The notes under the pieces were generated by a model. It did not search any database. It saw nothing but the letters and a program-made list of their open reading frames with translations, and had not been told where the DNA came from. Source: an uncultured SAR116 cluster alpha proteobacterium (lineage in GTDB: Bacteria; Pseudomonadota; Alphaproteobacteria; Puniceispirillales; Marisalimonadaceae). Taken from it: a stretch of DNA of 64,000 nucleotides. Made by a program: the position numbers and the translations under genes. Position 1 is the first letter of the stretch; each line of letters begins with the position of its first letter. The DNA lies in assembly GCA_902583415.1 (NCBI GenBank), contig CACHVW010000001.1, positions 1,118 to 65,117 on the forward strand. Reading direction: 5' to 3'. Shown here piece by piece: positions 59,916 to 64,000 of this stretch.

Positions 59916-60263
59916 ATGAATGAATTAAAAGCAGAAACAATAATTAATGCAGGTATTAGAATTGCAGAGAAAAATTTAACTAGTGCTTATGTGATCAAAA
60001 GAGGCGATGAGCAGGCAGGTGCCATATTTATAAAAATTAATACTTTAGACGGTTTTTCCAAACTTTTCTCACGAAATATTAAATATGATCTAAATAATGA
60101 CAAAGAGGTTATTGAGTTTGCAGATTTATATCCACAAAAACTAATAACGACTAAAGAAATTGATAACAGAATTTCTAAAGAAATAGAAGTAGACAGAGAT
60201 TGCTGGGTTGTCGAGATTGAAGACAAAAATGGTTTTAATGCATTTGATAATTTAGATTGTTAA
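59916..60263 (+). CDS. DUF1491 family protein
   Basis: AYV.KRGD..AGAIFIK.. and D.DCWVVEIED..G motifs. Confidence 0.85.
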   Translation: MNELKAETIINAGIRIAEKNLTSAYVIKRGDEQAGAIFIKINTLDGFSKLFSRNIKYDLNNDKEVIEFADLYPQKLITTKEIDNRISKEIEVDRDCWVVEIEDKNGFNAFDNLDC

Positions 60264-61265
60264 TTTTTCTATAAGTTCGTTTCTATTATACAAGCCTAAA
60301 TAATCTGCCTTAAGTTTTAAAATACTATTTATATGTTTCAACATAGGCGTCGGGATTTTGAGTTTATTTCCTATTTCTATTATTGCACTCATTATAGGAT
60401 CTATTTCTAGGGGTCTTTTCATTTCAATATCTTGTCTCGTTGATGGTTTGTGACCAATGATTGAGGATGCACCGGCAATTCTCTTGTCAATTGATACACC
60501 AAAATGCACACCAACTGCTTCCCCAACTTTTTGGCACTCTTCCATCATTTGTTTAATCAAGACTCTTGAGCTTTGGTCGTTTCCAATTATATCCAGGCTG
60601 GCTCCAGTAATAGCGCTTATAGGATTGAATGAACAATTTCCCCATAATTTAATCCAAATTTCATCTCTTAGATTTTTCTTTTGTGGAGCTTTTAGTCCAC
60701 CTTTGATAAAAAGATCAGATAATATTTTTAATCTATTTGTATTTACACCACTTGGTTCTCCAAGACTAAACCTGTTTCCTTCAATATGTTTTATAACACC
60801 TGGCTTCTCTATTTCACATGCAGGATAAACAACACAACCTAGTGCTCGTTCTGGGTTTAAATTTTTCCAGATGATGCCACCGGGATCAACTGAATCTATA
60901 TGAGTGTTTTCTAAACTTGTGTTTGAGTTTGCTTTGTAGAAATACCACCAAGGTATGCCGTTTACCGCAGATAAAATTACTGTATCTTTATTAAGAAGAG
61001 GTTTTAAACCTTCAACAATATTAGGAATAGCATGCGCTTTAACACCAATTATAATATAATCTTGAGTTCCTAATTCTTCAGGGGTTTCTGTTACTTTTAA
61101 ATTAAAATTCTCTGACCTATTTCCAGTTATTAAGGTCAAACCATTTTGTTCTATAGCTTCTTTATGAGGTCCTCTAGCAATTAATGAAACATTGGCTCCA
61201 GTTTTACTTAAACTGCATCCAATATATCCTCCAATAGCTCCTGCACCAAATACACAAATTTTCAT
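60252..61265 (-). CDS. panE: Ketopantoate-reductase (PanE/ApbA) family oxidoreductase, probable oxalyl-CoA reductase (PanE2-like)
   Basis: GAGAIGG, VKAH, NGIPWWYF, GCVVYP, KLWGN..FNPISA, HKxS..QD; directly downstream of the oxalate-CoA ligase-like gene. Confidence 0.8.
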   Translation of the reverse strand: MKICVFGAGAIGGYIGCSLSKTGANVSLIARGPHKEAIEQNGLTLITGNRSENFNLKVTETPEELGTQDYIIIGVKAHAIPNIVEGLKPLLNKDTVILSAVNGIPWWYFYKANSNTSLENTHIDSVDPGGIIWKNLNPERALGCVVYPACEIEKPGVIKHIEGNRFSLGEPSGVNTNRLKILSDLFIKGGLKAPQKKNLRDEIWIKLWGNCSFNPISAITGASLDIIGNDQSSRVLIKQMMEECQKVGEAVGVHFGVSIDKRIAGASSIIGHKPSTRQDIEMKRPLEIDPIMSAIIEIGNKLKIPTPMLKHINSILKLKADYLGLYNRNELIEKLTI

Positions 61266-61277
61266 TTCATAATTTCA

Positions 61278-62780
61278 CTATTCTAATCCAAGTTTCTCTG
61301 CTAAGCCAATTCTTTGTAATTTTCCTGTGGCTCCTTTTGGTATTTCCTTTAAAAAACGTATATATTTTGGAATTTTAAAATTAGCAAGATGTTTACTAGC
61401 ATAATTTTTAATATTAATTTCGTCGCAATCAATACCACTCTTCAAAACGATTGCAACACCTATAGCTTCTCCAAGTAAGTTATCTTTAACTGCAAAAGTT
61501 ACAACTTGTTCAACAGCCTCATGTTCCATTAAGATATTATCTACTTCTAAAGGTGATACTTTTTCTCCACCTCTATTTATAATTTCCTTTAATCTTCCAG
61601 AAATTTTTAAATATCCCTCATCATCAAAATGACCTTGATCTCCTGTCCTAAACCATCCATTTATAAAAGCAGTCTTATTGGCCTCTTCATTATTTTCATA
61701 GCCATTAGTCACGTTATCTCCTCGGATACATACTTCTCCATCTTCACCAGTATTAAGTTTGTTACCTTGTGAATCCATTATACAAACTTCAGGTCCAGCT
61801 TGTTTACCAACAAAGCCAGCTTTTTGTTTTTCGGGGGGCATAGGATTTGATGTCATTTGATGAGTAGCTTCAGTCATTCCGTAAGCTTCAATAACAGTTG
61901 TCTTAAATATTTTTTTTAGCTCATCAAACACGGCTGGAGGTAATGATGCAGATGAAGATCTGATAAATCTTAGATTAAGTTCTTCGGCAAGTTTTGGATT
62001 CTTTTTTGCACGCATTAAAATAGCTTGATGCATTGTTGGGACACCAGAATACCACGTGATTGTTTCTTTATTTGCTGTTTCTAAAAATTTAAGCGCATTA
62101 AAACCACTGCTAGCATAAACAGAAGCCCCAGCATTAATCGAAGAACTTAATACCGCAATTAATCCATGAATATGAAAAAGAGGCATGATGTTATAACAAT
62201 GATCTTGTGAGCTTAATTGAAGAGAATTTGAAATATTAATTGCTGATGAAAAAATATTTTTATTTGTTAATGGTACAACTTTTGGTCTTGAGGTTGTTCC
62301 AGATGTATGTAAAACCAAAGCTTCATTATTTTCGGTAGCAAGTTCAAAATTTGAAGTTTTGTCGTATAAATTGAATATACCAGTTGGCGCATTATCTATT
62401 TTTTTGATTTCACATATTTCTATTCCTAGATTTTTTGCAGCTTCAACTGCTGGATTATGACTATCCTTTTCTACAATAACTATTTTAGGCATAAGATCTT
62501 GAAGGTAAAATTCGTATTCTTTTAATTTATATGAAGGGTTTAAAGGAGCAGCTGACATGTAACTAGAAATTGACAAAAAGGCAGTTGCCATTTCTGGACC
62601 ATTTGGCAGGACTATAGCCGCTCTATTGGATGGCGTAATTCCTTGGCTAGCTAATTGCCCAGAAATATCAAAGATGTGTTTTTTTAAATCTGAATATTTA
62701 ATAACATTATTATTATCAGATGTGATTGCAATATTTTCATCTTTGTTGTTATTAACTAAATCTCTTATCGTATAACTCAT
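61278..62780 (-). CDS. Acyl-CoA synthetase, oxalate--CoA ligase (AAE3/Pcs60/Oxs) type
   Basis: LHTSGTTSRPKVVPL, MPLFHIHGL, EAYGMTEATHQM.SNP.P, RTGDQG, KGATGKLQR. Confidence 0.8.
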   Translation of the reverse strand: MSYTIRDLVNNNKDENIAITSDNNNVIKYSDLKKHIFDISGQLASQGITPSNRAAIVLPNGPEMATAFLSISSYMSAAPLNPSYKLKEYEFYLQDLMPKIVIVEKDSHNPAVEAAKNLGIEICEIKKIDNAPTGIFNLYDKTSNFELATENNEALVLHTSGTTSRPKVVPLTNKNIFSSAINISNSLQLSSQDHCYNIMPLFHIHGLIAVLSSSINAGASVYASSGFNALKFLETANKETITWYSGVPTMHQAILMRAKKNPKLAEELNLRFIRSSSASLPPAVFDELKKIFKTTVIEAYGMTEATHQMTSNPMPPEKQKAGFVGKQAGPEVCIMDSQGNKLNTGEDGEVCIRGDNVTNGYENNEEANKTAFINGWFRTGDQGHFDDEGYLKISGRLKEIINRGGEKVSPLEVDNILMEHEAVEQVVTFAVKDNLLGEAIGVAIVLKSGIDCDEINIKNYASKHLANFKIPKYIRFLKEIPKGATGKLQRIGLAEKLGLE

Positions 62781-62849
62781 TCACAAAATACCATTTTTTA
62801 GTTTATTTTTACAATTTTAATTATTAAAGGCAATCTAAATTCAATAATG

Positions 62850-62877
62850 ACAAACAAGCCTAATTTAAGCTTGTTTC
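62850..62877 (-). terminator. Probable pgi terminator hairpin
   Basis: Minus strand aaacaagcu...ggcuuguuu stem immediately after the pgi stop. Confidence 0.55.
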
Positions 62878-62880
62878 TAA

Positions 62881-64000
62881 TTATCTTTGATTTAAAAATT
62901 TTTTGGCTGCCGGTGTTAAATCTTTATCATTTTTATCATTGGAGATCTTGTTAGCAATAGTTTTTCCAAGTTCCACTCCCCATTGATCAAAGCTATTAAT
63001 ATTCCAAAGAAATCCAGACGCAATTGTAATATTTTCATAAAGAGCAATTAACATCCCAATAGAAAATGGTATATTTTCTTCCCAACTTATGATTGTTGAG
63101 GGCCTGCCTCCTAAAAAATTTTTATTTTGATTAATTAAATCGACTGAACCTCTTGCTAGAGCTTCAGCTTGTGCAATTGCATTTATTAACAAATATTCGT
63201 GATTTTTCTCAAAGCCTTTGAAGTAAATTGTACTCAGAGGTTTACGAGGTACTAAAATATCTATTGGGCTTACTTCTAACCCCTGATGCAAAAATTGAAA
63301 GAAACTATGTTGTGCATTAGTACCTACTTCTCCCCAGATTATTGGGCTTGCTGGCATTTTTAGAGTAGCGCCATTAATATCAACACCTTTCCCATTGCTT
63401 TCCATTTCTAATTGTTGTGCCCAAGCAGGCAATTTTGAAAGATTGTCAGTATAAGGTACTATGCAATGATTATTTCTATTTAAAAAATTTCGGTTCCATA
63501 TTCTCAGTAAAGCAAGGATGATCGGAATATTATTTTCAACTTCTTCATTTATAAAATGCTCATCCATTGTCCTTGCCCCAAGAAGAAATTTTTTATAATT
63601 ATCTTCCCCCAAACCAATAAATATTGACATACCTACTGATGACCAAAGAGAGTAACGTCCTCCAACATTTTCTGATATTTCAAAGATGTTTGAATCGTTA
63701 AATCCCCACTCAAATGCCTTGTTTCTGTGGGATGTAACCGCAACCATAGAATCATTTAAAGCAATTTTATGTTTTGATAACCATTCTGCCACTATTTTTG
63801 CATTTTCAAGAGTTTCAAGTGTACTAAAACTTTTAGATGTAATTATAAACAAAGTTTCTTTGGGATTACATTTTATAAATATTTCAGAGATCTTAGTTGG
63901 GTCAATATTAGATACATAAAGGATATCAGTATCTTTATAAAAACTTTTCAGCGCTTTGTTAACCATTAAAGGTCCTAAGTCAGATCCACCAATGCCAATA
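62881..64000 (-). CDS. pgi: Glucose-6-phosphate isomerase (5' end lies outside the window)
   Basis: Frame is open to the window edge (IGIGGSDLGP); SKSF.T.ET, VGGRYSLWS, QQLEMESNGK, GTNAQHSFFQ, FDQWGVELGK. Confidence 0.96.
   Translation of the reverse strand, partial: IGIGGSDLGPLMVNKALKSFYKDTDILYVSNIDPTKISEIFIKCNPKETLFIITSKSFSTLETLENAKIVAEWLSKHKIALNDSMVAVTSHRNKAFEWGFNDSNIFEISENVGGRYSLWSSVGMSIFIGLGEDNYKKFLLGARTMDEHFINEEVENNIPIILALLRIWNRNFLNRNNHCIVPYTDNLSKLPAWAQQLEMESNGKGVDINGATLKMPASPIIWGEVGTNAQHSFFQFLHQGLEVSPIDILVPRKPLSTIYFKGFEKNHEYLLINAIAQAEALARGSVDLINQNKNFLGGRPSTIISWEENIPFSIGMLIALYENITIASGFLWNINSFDQWGVELGKTIANKISNDKNDKDLTPAAKKFLNQR

Noticed and set aside
62881-63966. Short or pseudogenised pgi (361 aa)
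   Set aside because: The frame stays open to the window edge and includes GIGGSDLGP, so the truncation is a window artefact.

Overview
This is a densely coded, very AT-rich core-genome segment of a streamlined marine alphaproteobacterium. Gene order and the presence of mutL and a canonical pgi point to a Rhodospirillales/SAR116-like lineage rather than SAR11 (inference). Left to right: ribF-ileS-lspA-DUF3035-mutL; rsmD/rluB/tadA; purD/xseA; a lipid A cluster (lpxL, lpxK, waaA, lpxJ/DUF374, msbA); a PTP-fold phosphatase with pmbA; argC; a blue-tuned (Q105) DTE proteorhodopsin with crtI-crtB-crtY-blh but no crtE or idi; ubiA/rsmE/gshA/tldD; an aa3-type cox operon with surf1-thrC-M16 peptidase; yqgE/dsbD/prx/rnhA/thrB/ispH; the Fo atp operon; smc/dsbA/dciA/mutY; purH/heparinase-like/rsmB/DUF1674/DUF1491; an oxalate-CoA ligase with a PanE-family reductase; and a truncated pgi. 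I saw no rRNA, tRNA, CRISPR array, integrase or IS element. The best leads are: (1) three coordinated substitutions that appear to remove the Mg/Mn site of the aa3 oxidase; (2) three tandem small membrane-protein ORFs between xseA and lpxL, two of them missing from the ORF track, one carrying a TolA/TonB-like SxxxH helix but no periplasmic domain; (3) a 16/19 Fur-box match upstream of proteorhodopsin; (4) an oxs/panE2-like oxalate-assimilation pair. All family calls come from motif recognition by eye; no searches were run.
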